49,369 nt of DNA from a virus (taxonomy: Duplodnaviria > Caudoviricetes), in the IMG/VR virus record IMGVR_UViG_3300037424_000186, positions 1 to 49,369 of that record; one strand, 5' to 3'. The translations under genes and the position numbers were made by a program. The notes beneath the pieces are model-generated. The model had not been told where the DNA came from. It did no database searches and worked only from the letters and a program-made list of their open reading frames with translations. Of the stretch, positions 28,619 through 36,488 are shown piece by piece; position 1 is the first letter of the stretch, and each line of letters begins with the position of its first letter.

Positions 28619-28649
28619 CGCTTGACAGCACCGTGAAGGCATGCTTGAC
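28610..28649. promoter_or_regulatory. Two 17-bp operators overlapping a TTGACA -35 element (early promoter)
   Basis: GTGAAGtagcgCTTGAC at 28610 and GTGAAGgcatgCTTGAC at 28633; TTGACA at 28622. Confidence 0.8.
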
Positions 28650-28675
28650 TGATCTCCGACGCAACGGAGATCGCC

Positions 28676-29011
28676 ATGACCGAAACCTTCCCAACCTACA
28701 CTCACGGACGCCCCGCTGACTGGTCGCTGATACCCGACTACATGATCGGCGGTTTGCGTCGGTACATTGAGAACGGCATTCCTCCCGGTTCATTCTTGGC
28801 AGCGCTACTGTCGAATGACCTGCGTGGCACCTTTGAGCACGCTGACGACGAAAACCGTCGCTGCGTCGAGAGATACGTCCGCTTTCTCTACAATTACGCG
28901 CCGTCCACATGCTGGGGGTCCCCGGCAAAGTTTGATGCGTGGTGCAGGCGGGGCGGCCTGACCGAGCACAACGCCGTCGAGCCGCGCACTGCCGCTGGCA
29001 GCTTGGACTAA
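28676..29011 (+). CDS. Hypothetical early protein ending VEPRTAAGSLD
   Basis: 111 aa; GL.RYIENGIPPGSFL.ALL.NDL...CWGS motif; GGAG RBS. Confidence 0.7.
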   Translation: MTETFPTYTHGRPADWSLIPDYMIGGLRRYIENGIPPGSFLAALLSNDLRGTFEHADDENRRCVERYVRFLYNYAPSTCWGSPAKFDAWCRRGGLTEHNAVEPRTAAGSLD

Positions 29012-29015
29012 CGCC

Positions 29016-29042
29016 ACCCCGGACTGATTTAGAAAACGGAGA
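29016..29042. repeat. Junction palindrome (9-9-9), isolated copy
   Basis: ACCCCGGAC TGATTTAGA AAACGGAGA, between two ORFs. Confidence 0.5.
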
Positions 29043-29051
29043 GCAAGCCAG

Positions 29052-29270
29052 ATGGCAAAATATCGAGTGGTCTACGGCGAAACCCGACCCGCGTGGGAAA
29101 AAATCTTCCCCACGCTGCGCGAAGCAAAAGCTTTCGCGAAAGAGCATGAGGGTTTCGGAGATCGGATTTTTAGCATTCGCAAGGTCGTCCCCGGTGAACC
29201 TCCGCAATCCATTACCGCGGCGATTTCCGAAGCCAAGCACGACCAGTTCATGGCGAAGGTGCGCACATGA
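29052..29270 (+). CDS. Hypothetical protein
   Basis: 72 aa; GGAG RBS. Confidence 0.6.
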   Translation: MAKYRVVYGETRPAWEKIFPTLREAKAFAKEHEGFGDRIFSIRKVVPGEPPQSITAAISEAKHDQFMAKVRT

Positions 29271-29359
29271 CCACCCTTCGCACCTTCGTATTGGCGACCC
29301 TGTTCGGGCTGTTGGCGTCACCGGCAATCGCGTTCTTCTCATTCCTTGTGTGGCCCTGA
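29267..29359 (+). CDS. 30-aa hydrophobic peptide
   Basis: MTTLRTFVLATLFGLLASPAIAFFSFLVWP; ATGA overlap. Confidence 0.45.
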   Translation: MTTLRTFVLATLFGLLASPAIAFFSFLVWP

Positions 29360-29361
29360 CC

Positions 29362-29547
29362 ATGAACGGCCATCCGAAAATGCTCCCAGCTCAGCCCGGC
29401 ATCAACGCACCGTCCACCGCATGGATCGACATCAATGCAATGGACGAAACCGACCCGGTTCATTTCAGGGCGCCGCGCAAGCTGACGGCCGACCAAGCAG
29501 ACGAAAACCTTTTCAGCATCGAGAACGGCGACGGAGAAATCTACTGA
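29362..29547 (+). CDS. Hypothetical protein
   Basis: Tightly packed with neighbours. Confidence 0.45.
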   Translation: MNGHPKMLPAQPGINAPSTAWIDINAMDETDPVHFRAPRKLTADQADENLFSIENGDGEIY

Positions 29548-29828
29548 TGTCACCGCTGATGATTAAAATGCTTCTGCACTACTACGCTTGCGCTCGCGAC
29601 TATCGCGATGAAGTTCCCGGCCAGCACGCAGCATCGCCGGCCGTTAAGGAAGCTATCCAGCTATTCCTTGATTGGGAATTACTGGTCCAGATTACTCCAG
29701 ACGACGAATGGAGCAAGTTGGATGTGATGGAGAGGCGCTCCCCGTTTACCATTTCTGACCGCGGTCAGGCGATGGTTGAAGCTTACATGGCCGTTCGTCT
29801 TCCAGTCATTCAGTGGGTTCAACCATGA
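29547..29828 (+). CDS. Hypothetical protein (winged-helix-like)
   Basis: TGATG overlap; FTISDRGQAMV motif. Confidence 0.55.
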   Translation: MSPLMIKMLLHYYACARDYRDEVPGQHAASPAVKEAIQLFLDWELLVQITPDDEWSKLDVMERRSPFTISDRGQAMVEAYMAVRLPVIQWVQP

Positions 29829-30076
29829 GCGCCATGGCAGAACTCCAACTGGATTGCTGGCGCGCTCAACACGAGCCCGTCTCCATCACCAAGCTAAACA
29901 GACAGGCATATGCCGTCGCCAAGCTGGTCGGACACTGTGAAGCCCTTGTCGGTAGCGGACATCTGACCGAGCCATCCGAACAATCGCTGCGGCTTTTGAT
30001 AGCTGAGGCGCTCTCTGCATTCGACATGGAGCCGCATCAAGAGGCTGTCAAAGCCGCCATGAGCATCAACCAGTAG
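29825..30076 (+). CDS. Hypothetical protein
   Basis: ATGA overlap. Confidence 0.55.
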   Translation: MSAMAELQLDCWRAQHEPVSITKLNRQAYAVAKLVGHCEALVGSGHLTEPSEQSLRLLIAEALSAFDMEPHQEAVKAAMSINQ

Positions 30077-30142
30077 AGGCAGAGCTGGTAGCAAATCTGC
30101 CAACCACCATTACTCACCTTACCTCACACCAAGGCAACTAAA

Positions 30143-30547
30143 ATGAAAATGTCCGAAGAATTCCCTAGCAAATACCTCAAGGCCTCAGATTTGAAGGGCC
30201 AAGAAGTCAAGGTCATCATGTCCAACTGCGAACGCGAAGAAGTCGGCGATGGCGAAAAACCTGTCCTGTACTTCAAGGGCAAGGAAAAGGGCGTGGTTCT
30301 AAACAAGACCAATGCCTATACCATCAGCGACTTCTACGGAGACGACACATCGGATTGGTACGACCAGCCGATCATCCTGTTCTCCATCATGACGGAGTTC
30401 CAGGGCAAGCCAATGGCCGGTCTTCGTGTTCGCATCCCGACCGCGAGGGACAACAAGCCTGCACGCCGCGAAGACCCGATTTCGAGCGGTCCTCCGGCTG
30501 GTCATCCGGCAAGTGGGCCGCTGGATGATGACTCAATTCCTTTTTGA
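30143..30547 (+). CDS. Single-stranded DNA-binding-like protein
   Basis: FPSKYLKASDL...LNKTN; acidic DDDSIPF tail. Confidence 0.7.
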   Translation: MKMSEEFPSKYLKASDLKGQEVKVIMSNCEREEVGDGEKPVLYFKGKEKGVVLNKTNAYTISDFYGDDTSDWYDQPIILFSIMTEFQGKPMAGLRVRIPTARDNKPARREDPISSGPPAGHPASGPLDDDSIPF

Positions 30548-30557
30548 GGACTGAGCA

Positions 30558-31079
30558 ATGACACCCGCCGATCACGCCCGCAACAACGCCATATCGCTTG
30601 AAGCGAAGAAGGACGCCCTTGCACAGCGCCAAAATGGCGACTGGAAGGTGTCCTTCACGGTTCAAGGCATCGATATGGATACACGCTTAACGCAGGCCCC
30701 GATGGGCACGCGCTACGCCGTGGTGCTGGTGGAGATCGGCGAGAACGAGCTACCCGTGCAGAAGGAGGCGCCCAGCAACGTCCCGTCAGGAAGTCCCCCA
30801 AGCACTCGCCCTGACGGGACGAAGCGGATGGACTGGCGCAATGTGCAGCCGGCGGCGCAGGCGGGGATCAGGTGCGCTGATCCTGTCTTCATCGCCTTCC
30901 TGAAAGAATATTACAGCGCATATTGGTTAAACTATGGAGACGCCGCAGCCACTGTGCGTGACATCTGCGAAGTTCATTCGCGATCGGAATTTTCAACTGA
31001 CCACCGCAAGCGCGTTCTCTGGCATCAGCTCGATAGCAAATTTCAGGAATGGCTTGCCAAGGAAAGGGTTGGCGCATGA
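30558..31079 (+). CDS. Conserved phage protein
   Basis: QAGIRC.DP.F..FL...A..VR..C.V.SR motif. Confidence 0.6.
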   Translation: MTPADHARNNAISLEAKKDALAQRQNGDWKVSFTVQGIDMDTRLTQAPMGTRYAVVLVEIGENELPVQKEAPSNVPSGSPPSTRPDGTKRMDWRNVQPAAQAGIRCADPVFIAFLKEYYSAYWLNYGDAAATVRDICEVHSRSEFSTDHRKRVLWHQLDSKFQEWLAKERVGA

Positions 31080-31459
31080 CCTCCCTACGTGGCCAAGACC
31101 GTAAAGAATTTCCGCAGAAGGTTCGCAAGGCCGCATTCGCTCGCGCCTGCAAACCTGACGGCATTCCAAGATGCGAAGCCCCAGGCTGCGGGATTTATAT
31201 CCGCGCCGGCCATCTTCGTTACGAACACCTTGATCCTGACGGGCTTGGTGGACAGCCGACAATCGAAAACTGCGGCGTCTGGTGTGATGTATGCGCCGTT
31301 GCCAAAGACAGGATCGACAACCAGCGCATGGCGAAGGCTGATGCCGTGCTCAAGAAGACTTACGGGCTCACGCCGCCGCGAAAGAAAATCCAGTCACGCG
31401 GATTCGCCAAGGCGCGTCCACAGAGAACAGCATCAAGGCCGGTGGAGCGCAGGACATGA
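31076..31459 (+). CDS. HNH-family nuclease
   Basis: CEAPGC...YEHLDP..LGG...ENC...C..C...K. Confidence 0.7.
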   Translation: MTSLRGQDRKEFPQKVRKAAFARACKPDGIPRCEAPGCGIYIRAGHLRYEHLDPDGLGGQPTIENCGVWCDVCAVAKDRIDNQRMAKADAVLKKTYGLTPPRKKIQSRGFAKARPQRTASRPVERRT

Positions 31460-31707
31460 CATGGGTTAACCGATCACAGCCCACGACAGCCAGCCTGCTC
31501 GCTCTCCTGCTGCTCTCCGGTTGCTATGAGCCCGCGTCCACCTGGAGCGAGAAGCAGGGGCGGTATCGTCCGACCGATGAAGTTCGCCGCGAGCAGATCA
31601 ACGCAGAGATCGACAAGCGCGCGAAAGCCTCGTGTCGCTGGATGGAGATCGAACAGCCGGGCCAGTGGGAAGTCACATGCGACCCGGACCAGAAAAGGAA
31701 GTTCTGA
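31456..31707 (+). CDS. Putative lipoprotein
   Basis: Lipobox LLLSGC after a hydrophobic stretch. Confidence 0.55.
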   Translation: MTWVNRSQPTTASLLALLLLSGCYEPASTWSEKQGRYRPTDEVRREQINAEIDKRAKASCRWMEIEQPGQWEVTCDPDQKRKF

Positions 31708-31844
31708 TGATTTTCCTTGCCTCTCAGGTTTTCGCGCCGTCGCCGGATGATTTCATGTGGGTGCTTACTGCTGGTGTTGTGCTGGTCGGCTGGATCGTCT
31801 TTGCCTGTTGGATAGTGGACAAGAATTGGCCGGAGGCGAAATGA
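31707..31844 (+). CDS. Small membrane protein
   Basis: 45 aa, one TM segment; TGATG overlap. Confidence 0.5.
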   Translation: MIFLASQVFAPSPDDFMWVLTAGVVLVGWIVFACWIVDKNWPEAK

Positions 31845-31917
31845 CCAAACCAGAGCTCCTGCCCATCGCATACGTATCCGCGCTGTGGATTTTGGTTTTT
31901 ATCAATACGAGGCTGTC

Positions 31918-32325
31918 ATGACCGACCAATCTTCTCCCGAGACCGAAACATCGGAAGCGTTGAAGCGACTTCACACCTACATCTTGCACCACTATGGCGC
32001 GGCGGCGGCTATCGGCGGGAAGGCGCTTGAAAACTTCGAAACCAATCTCGCGCGCCAGTTCGAAAAACTAGGCGCCGGACTTGCCCCATGTCCGGACCAG
32101 TGGCAGCCGATCGAAACGGCTCCTGACAACGAGCGTTTAGATTTTTATCTGGATTGGGCGGCCAATTGCGCGCGTCTCAATCCAGCGATGGACCCAAACG
32201 ACCCATTCAGATTTCACCGCGGGTTCAAGAAAACGTGGGCGTCAATTTATAAGGCCACGCATTGGAGGCCGACGCCCGAACCGCCCGCAAGTCCGGACAC
32301 ATCTCCACAGGAGAACAGCAAATGA
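31918..32325 (+). CDS. DUF551-like protein
   Basis: WQPIETAP...ATHWRP.PEPP. Confidence 0.6.
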   Translation: MTDQSSPETETSEALKRLHTYILHHYGAAAAIGGKALENFETNLARQFEKLGAGLAPCPDQWQPIETAPDNERLDFYLDWAANCARLNPAMDPNDPFRFHRGFKKTWASIYKATHWRPTPEPPASPDTSPQENSK

Positions 32326-32424
32326 TCTTCTGGCAGTGGTTTTTGGCGCCGTCGCAATTCTCACCTTCGCGGTGATGCTGTTCGCATGGATGTTCCCTTA
32401 TCCGCACACGCACCCGGAGGAAAA

Positions 32425-32538
32425 ATGATGTTCATCCTAGGTATTTTTATCTTCCCGTTCGTCGCTGTAGCCATGCTTTTCGAGGAAACATACCTCCAGC
32501 GCGAGACCAGGCTGTCGAAAAATACCAGGTGGGATTGA
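32425..32538 (+). CDS. 37-aa membrane peptide
   Basis: MMFILGIFIFPFVAVAMLF...; GGAGG RBS. Confidence 0.45.
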   Translation: MMFILGIFIFPFVAVAMLFEETYLQRETRLSKNTRWD

Positions 32539-32586
32539 GCCGATGATTGTTTTGATTTCGCGCCCACTCCGGCACGGAGAAACCAA

Positions 32587-33144
32587 ATGAGAACTTCAAC
32601 CTGCCTGAAGTGCGGTAGGGATTTCCAGTGCTCTCCGTGGGCTCGCGGGAAGTATTGCAGCAAGGCTTGCGCATCAGGACATAACCGGCGCCATGGGCTG
32701 TCGGACAACCCGGAGCACCGCACTTGGACGCGTATTCGCGAGCGCTGCAATAATCCATCCCACGGCGACTACGCCAGATACGGCGGGCGCGGTATCAAGG
32801 TCTGTGCGCGTTGGGATGTGTTCGAGAACTTCCTGGCCGACATGGGTCCGCGCAACGGTCTGACGATCGAGCGGATCGACAACAACGGCGATTACGGGCC
32901 GGACAATTGCCGTTGGGCAACACAGAAAGAGCAGTGCCAGAACAAGAGCAATACCTACACGCCAGAGCAAGACCAAAAACTCAATGAAGCGCTAGCTATG
33001 GGCTACACCCTTCGAGAAGCGGCCGGATATGTCGGAAAGTCGTTTCATTCAGTTGTTGGTCGCGCCTCTCGCCTAGGCCTGAAATCGATACGGGCTCGGA
33101 AGCCCGGAGTTGTGGGAAGTCCGAAACAGCGGGAGGCAAAGTGA
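32587..33144 (+). CDS. HNH homing-type endonuclease with C-terminal HTH
   Basis: W..IRERC.NP....Y.RYGGRGI.VC.RW..FENF..DMG...TIERIDNNG.Y.P.NCRWAT. Confidence 0.85.
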   Translation: MRTSTCLKCGRDFQCSPWARGKYCSKACASGHNRRHGLSDNPEHRTWTRIRERCNNPSHGDYARYGGRGIKVCARWDVFENFLADMGPRNGLTIERIDNNGDYGPDNCRWATQKEQCQNKSNTYTPEQDQKLNEALAMGYTLREAAGYVGKSFHSVVGRASRLGLKSIRARKPGVVGSPKQREAK

Positions 33145-33425
33145 TGGGCTACGATTCACGCTGCTACGATCTTGCCGTTCTGTTTCTCTCCGACAACCCG
33201 GAGAAAAACACCGAGGCCAATCGCGATGAATTGGCGCAGCACATCCAGACAGAAATTGAAGACTGGATCGGGTACATCCTAAAACCCGCCGGTAACGCCA
33301 AAGTGGAGCAGTTGCCGTGCGAGATGTGCGCTGGGAGTAAATGGAAGTCAGCCTGCCCAGAGTGTGATGGCACTGGCTACTACACGCCTGACCCGCCGGA
33401 GTCTTCTGGAGACCGAAAGGGCTAG
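33141..33425 (+). CDS. Hypothetical protein with DnaJ-like Zn finger tail
   Basis: CEMCAGS...CPECDGTG. Confidence 0.55.
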   Translation: MMGYDSRCYDLAVLFLSDNPEKNTEANRDELAQHIQTEIEDWIGYILKPAGNAKVEQLPCEMCAGSKWKSACPECDGTGYYTPDPPESSGDRKG

Positions 33426-33427
33426 TC

Positions 33428-33679
33428 ATGAGCAAGACCCCGAACGGAAGATACTTGAACGAAAGTTCACGCCAGAAGATGTTCGAGCTTATCCTCAGAG
33501 GCGATCGATACGAAGACATCGCAGCCGAGTTCGATATTGATCCAAGCGCTGTTGGCCACGCCGCGCGCAGGGCTGGTATCTACCGAGGCCAAGGGGAGCC
33601 GACCCCGCGAAAGGATGGATGGGTCAAGCGCCAATTGAAGATTGCTGCCCGCGCGCGGTATTCTGTGGAGCGAAAGTGA
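33428..33679 (+). CDS. Small HTH protein
   Basis: G.RYEDIAAEFDI..SAV...ARR.G. Confidence 0.55.
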   Translation: MSKTPNGRYLNESSRQKMFELILRGDRYEDIAAEFDIDPSAVGHAARRAGIYRGQGEPTPRKDGWVKRQLKIAARARYSVERK

Positions 33680-33713
33680 GCGTCATTTTTAGGCAATCAA
33701 CGAGGGTGAGAAA

Positions 33714-34049
33714 ATGACTAACACCAAAGTTAAAATGCCAAATCCAGCCGACTTCTCGCGCAATGACAGACCAGGGGAATACACCGCTGAGGTCGAGGTA
33801 CGAGGTAAAATCTCAATACGCATCAAGGCCGATAGCCAAGAGGACGCACAGCGGCAAGCCGAGGCTGAATTGGAGAAAATGGAGAATGATGGATACGTCG
33901 AAATTGACAACATCGACGAGGCGGAGTTGCAACGCGTGACAAAGGATCGCCCAATGTATCGCGTCACAAGGGAAGGTAAATCTATGCAGGTTTCGCATCT
34001 TCAACCTGGCGACCTTCCGCGCGATCCTGACCCTGCCTACGGCTTTTGA
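33714..34049 (+). CDS. Hypothetical protein
   Basis: 111 aa; I.ADSQEDA...A motif. Confidence 0.6.
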   Translation: MTNTKVKMPNPADFSRNDRPGEYTAEVEVRGKISIRIKADSQEDAQRQAEAELEKMENDGYVEIDNIDEAELQRVTKDRPMYRVTREGKSMQVSHLQPGDLPRDPDPAYGF

Positions 34050-34097
34050 TCTAAGCCTGGCTCTCGCGGACATGACGAAAGATCGAAAGGGCAAAAC

Positions 34098-34367
34098 ATG
34101 AGTGAATGGCAACCAATTGAGACTGCACCGCGGGATGGAACGCCGATCATTGGTGGCTTTCATTCAATCCGATGGGCCGACAGCCATCGCAAGGAAGATG
34201 TGGTCCGGTGTTGGTATCAGCCAGAGTTTGAAGCGTTTATCTCGTCGTGCCGTGAAATGCAGATGCACAACGGATATAAGTTTGAGGACGGATCAACGCG
34301 ACGGCTGCACTCTCCAGTGATTGAGCCGGTGACCCATTGGATGCCGATTCCGGAGCCGCCGAAATGA
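34098..34367 (+). CDS. DUF551-like protein
   Basis: MSEWQPIETAPRDGT...VTHWMPIPEPP. Confidence 0.75.
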   Translation: MSEWQPIETAPRDGTPIIGGFHSIRWADSHRKEDVVRCWYQPEFEAFISSCREMQMHNGYKFEDGSTRRLHSPVIEPVTHWMPIPEPPK

Positions 34368-34513
34368 CCACCCCGGCACCCGAGACGACCGAGCGCGAAC
34401 AGGGCAAGCTCTACCTGAGCGATGCCGAAAATAAATATCGTTTGGCGCGGTCGCTTGGGGAGTCCGGGCCTTGTGTAGGCATTCCAGAAACAAGCAACCA
34501 AGAGTATATTTGA
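34364..34513 (+). pseudogene. Probable truncated remnant gene (MTTPAPETTEREQGKLYLSDAE...)
   Basis: Good ATGA-coupled start, then lower-GC run-out sequence just before the xis-int module. Confidence 0.35.
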
Positions 34514-34516
34514 TCC

Positions 34517-34690
34517 ATGAGCCGAACCGCCGCCAAATTTACGCAGGCTGATGTTGCTCGCTCCATCCGAGCGGCGAAGCAGGCTGGCGCTGGCGCGGTC
34601 GAGCTCCTGCCGGATGGCAGGATCCGCATCGATCTGACAGGGGAAAAGCCTCCGCCGGCCGTTGAGCTCGAGCAGGAGGTGGTATTGTGA
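34517..34690 (+). CDS. xis: Excisionase-like protein
   Basis: 57 aa, MSRTAAKFTQADVARSIRAA...VELLPDGRIRI; GTGA overlap with int. Confidence 0.6.
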   Translation: MSRTAAKFTQADVARSIRAAKQAGAGAVELLPDGRIRIDLTGEKPPPAVELEQEVVL

Positions 34691-35748
34691 TCTCCATGCC
34701 CCGCCCCCGCCCGCCTCACCTTCACCGGGAAACGAACCGCCACGGCAAGACAGTCTGGTATGTCCGCATTGGCAAAGGCCCCCGGGTTCGCATCAAGGCG
34801 GACTACGGGGCGCCTGAGTTCGAGCTCGCATACCAAGCCGCGCTGCATGGCGAGAGCTCACAGCCGCCAGCCAAGGCCGCCAGGGGGTCGCTCGAGTGGC
34901 TGTGGATGCTCTACCGCCAAACCTCGGCTTGGACCGAGCTCTCCATGGCTACGCGTAAGCAGCGCGAGAACATCATGCGCCAGGTTCTGAAGACTGGCGG
35001 CAACCAGCCCCTATCCAAGATCACCCGCGGCGCCGTTAAGCAGGGCGTCGATCGCCGGAAGCCATACGCTGCCCGCCATTTCGTTGACACCCTGCACGGC
35101 ATGTTCAAATGGGCCGTTTCCTCCCAACACGTCAAAGAGGATCCGACGCTCGGCAACGCCGTGGCCAAGCCCAAGACGAAGGGCTTCCCGGTATGGACCG
35201 AGGACGAGCTCGAGCAGTTCGAACGCCGCTGGCCTCGAGGCACACGCGAACGGGTGATGTTCGACGTCTACCTTTACACCGGCCTGCGCCGCGGCGACGC
35301 GGCCAAACTCGGCAAGCAGCACATCAGGAACGGCGTTATTACGATCGACGCAGAGAAGACCGGAACCAGGGTGACAATCCCTGTTCTCCCCGAGCTCGAG
35401 CACACGATCGCGGCTGGCCCAATCGGCGAGCTCGCTATCATCTCGAGCAAGAAGGGGCAACCGATCCGGAAGGAAGTCCTTGGAAACCTATTCCGGGACG
35501 CTTGCCGGGCTGCTGGCATCAAAAAATCTGCCCATGGGATCCGGAAGGCCGCCGCGACTCGAGCGGCGAACAACGGGGCGACCGTGGCGACCCTCGAGGC
35601 GATATTCGGGTGGGAAGGTGGTCAGATGGCCGCCCTCTACACTCGAGCGGCAGACCGGCGCCGGCTGGCTGCCGAGCACATGGAAAAACTGTCCAAACCC
35701 GGAACCTCTATTCCCGCACCTAGTGGGAAGGTGCGGTCCGTGGAGTGA
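34687..35748 (+). CDS. int: Tyrosine integrase
   Basis: Catalytic set: R (TGLRRGD), K (EKTG), HxxR (HGIRK), W (FGW), Y (ALYTR); N-terminal arm-binding domain. Confidence 0.95.
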   Translation: MISMPRPRPPHLHRETNRHGKTVWYVRIGKGPRVRIKADYGAPEFELAYQAALHGESSQPPAKAARGSLEWLWMLYRQTSAWTELSMATRKQRENIMRQVLKTGGNQPLSKITRGAVKQGVDRRKPYAARHFVDTLHGMFKWAVSSQHVKEDPTLGNAVAKPKTKGFPVWTEDELEQFERRWPRGTRERVMFDVYLYTGLRRGDAAKLGKQHIRNGVITIDAEKTGTRVTIPVLPELEHTIAAGPIGELAIISSKKGQPIRKEVLGNLFRDACRAAGIKKSAHGIRKAAATRAANNGATVATLEAIFGWEGGQMAALYTRAADRRRLAAEHMEKLSKPGTSIPAPSGKVRSVE

Positions 35749-35843
35749 AAAGCTTAACAATATCAACTAGGAGTTAGAGCGATGGTGGGGGAAGAAGTTG
35801 TCGAACAACACCGTGATATCAATTACTTGCGGGAAAGTGCGGG
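35713..35843. other. Putative attP
   Basis: 35783-35797 is the reverse complement of CTTCTTCCCCCACCA (tRNA 3' end), with TCGAAC in T-loop register; IHF consensus TATCAATTACTTG at 35817; CCCGCAC/GTGCGG arm-like repeats at 35713, 35731 and 35837. Confidence 0.65.
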
Positions 35844-36363
35844 CGTAGTAGCGCCTTTGGCGCGTAAAGACAATTTTAAGCACGGCCCGCACCGATACAC
35901 CTATTTCATCCTTGGCAGTGAAGGCATCAAAATCGGGCAGTCTCTAAACCCGCGTGCGCGGAAGACTGAGTTGCAGCCCGGCAGTGCCATCGAGCTCAAG
36001 CTTTTGCTTGCCGTTCCCTATGAGCGGATCCCGGAACCGGAGGCCCATAAGAAATTCAAGCACCTTCGAATGAGGGGCGAGTGGTTCCGTCCGGATCCAG
36101 AATTGCTTGATTTCATCGAAGTGCTCCGACTCGAGCTCAAACCGCATCCCGGCGGCCGGGTCCGGAAAGGGTCGCCAGAGATCGAGAAGACTGTCACAGG
36201 GCTGCTCAAGCAGCGGCGCGGCGCCAGCCAGGTCAAGAAGAACCTGCTCCACAACATGATCCAGCAGCTTCGCAACTACTCGGCCGAAGAGGATCCGATT
36301 GCCAAAGCTAACCTCGAGCGGCTGATAGCCTATACGGCGGGGAAAATTGAGCAAGCGGCGTGA
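35782..36363 (+). CDS. GIY-YIG nuclease B (T5orf172/MUG113 family)
   Basis: YTYFI...IKIG.S.NP..R...LQ.G...E..AH..F..LR.RGEWF; AGGAG RBS. Confidence 0.8.
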   Translation: MVGEEVVEQHRDINYLRESAGVVAPLARKDNFKHGPHRYTYFILGSEGIKIGQSLNPRARKTELQPGSAIELKLLLAVPYERIPEPEAHKKFKHLRMRGEWFRPDPELLDFIEVLRLELKPHPGGRVRKGSPEIEKTVTGLLKQRRGASQVKKNLLHNMIQQLRNYSAEEDPIAKANLERLIAYTAGKIEQAA

Positions 36364-36488
36364 CGAAGGTCCAGACTCTCAACGTGATGGCGCGAAATGT
36401 CCGATCGACAAGCAACTAGAATAACTTAGCGGAATCCACGTCCGCTATCAGAAACACTGAAAGCCGCATTGGGCGGCAGGAGAGAACG

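Larger units (their letters stand above)
31923..34089. repeat. Junction palindrome array, left block
   Basis: 27-mers at 32290, 32399, 33101, 33393 and 34063; weaker copies at 31923, 32555 and 33650. All lie at or next to ORF boundaries. Confidence 0.7.

Noticed and set aside
34347-34373. Additional junction palindrome after the DUF551 gene
   Set aside because: The spacer is off by one and the left arm is explained by IPEPP codons.
35783-35810. tRNA gene
   Set aside because: Only a 3'-end fragment is present, with no D or anticodon arm; treated as an att core.
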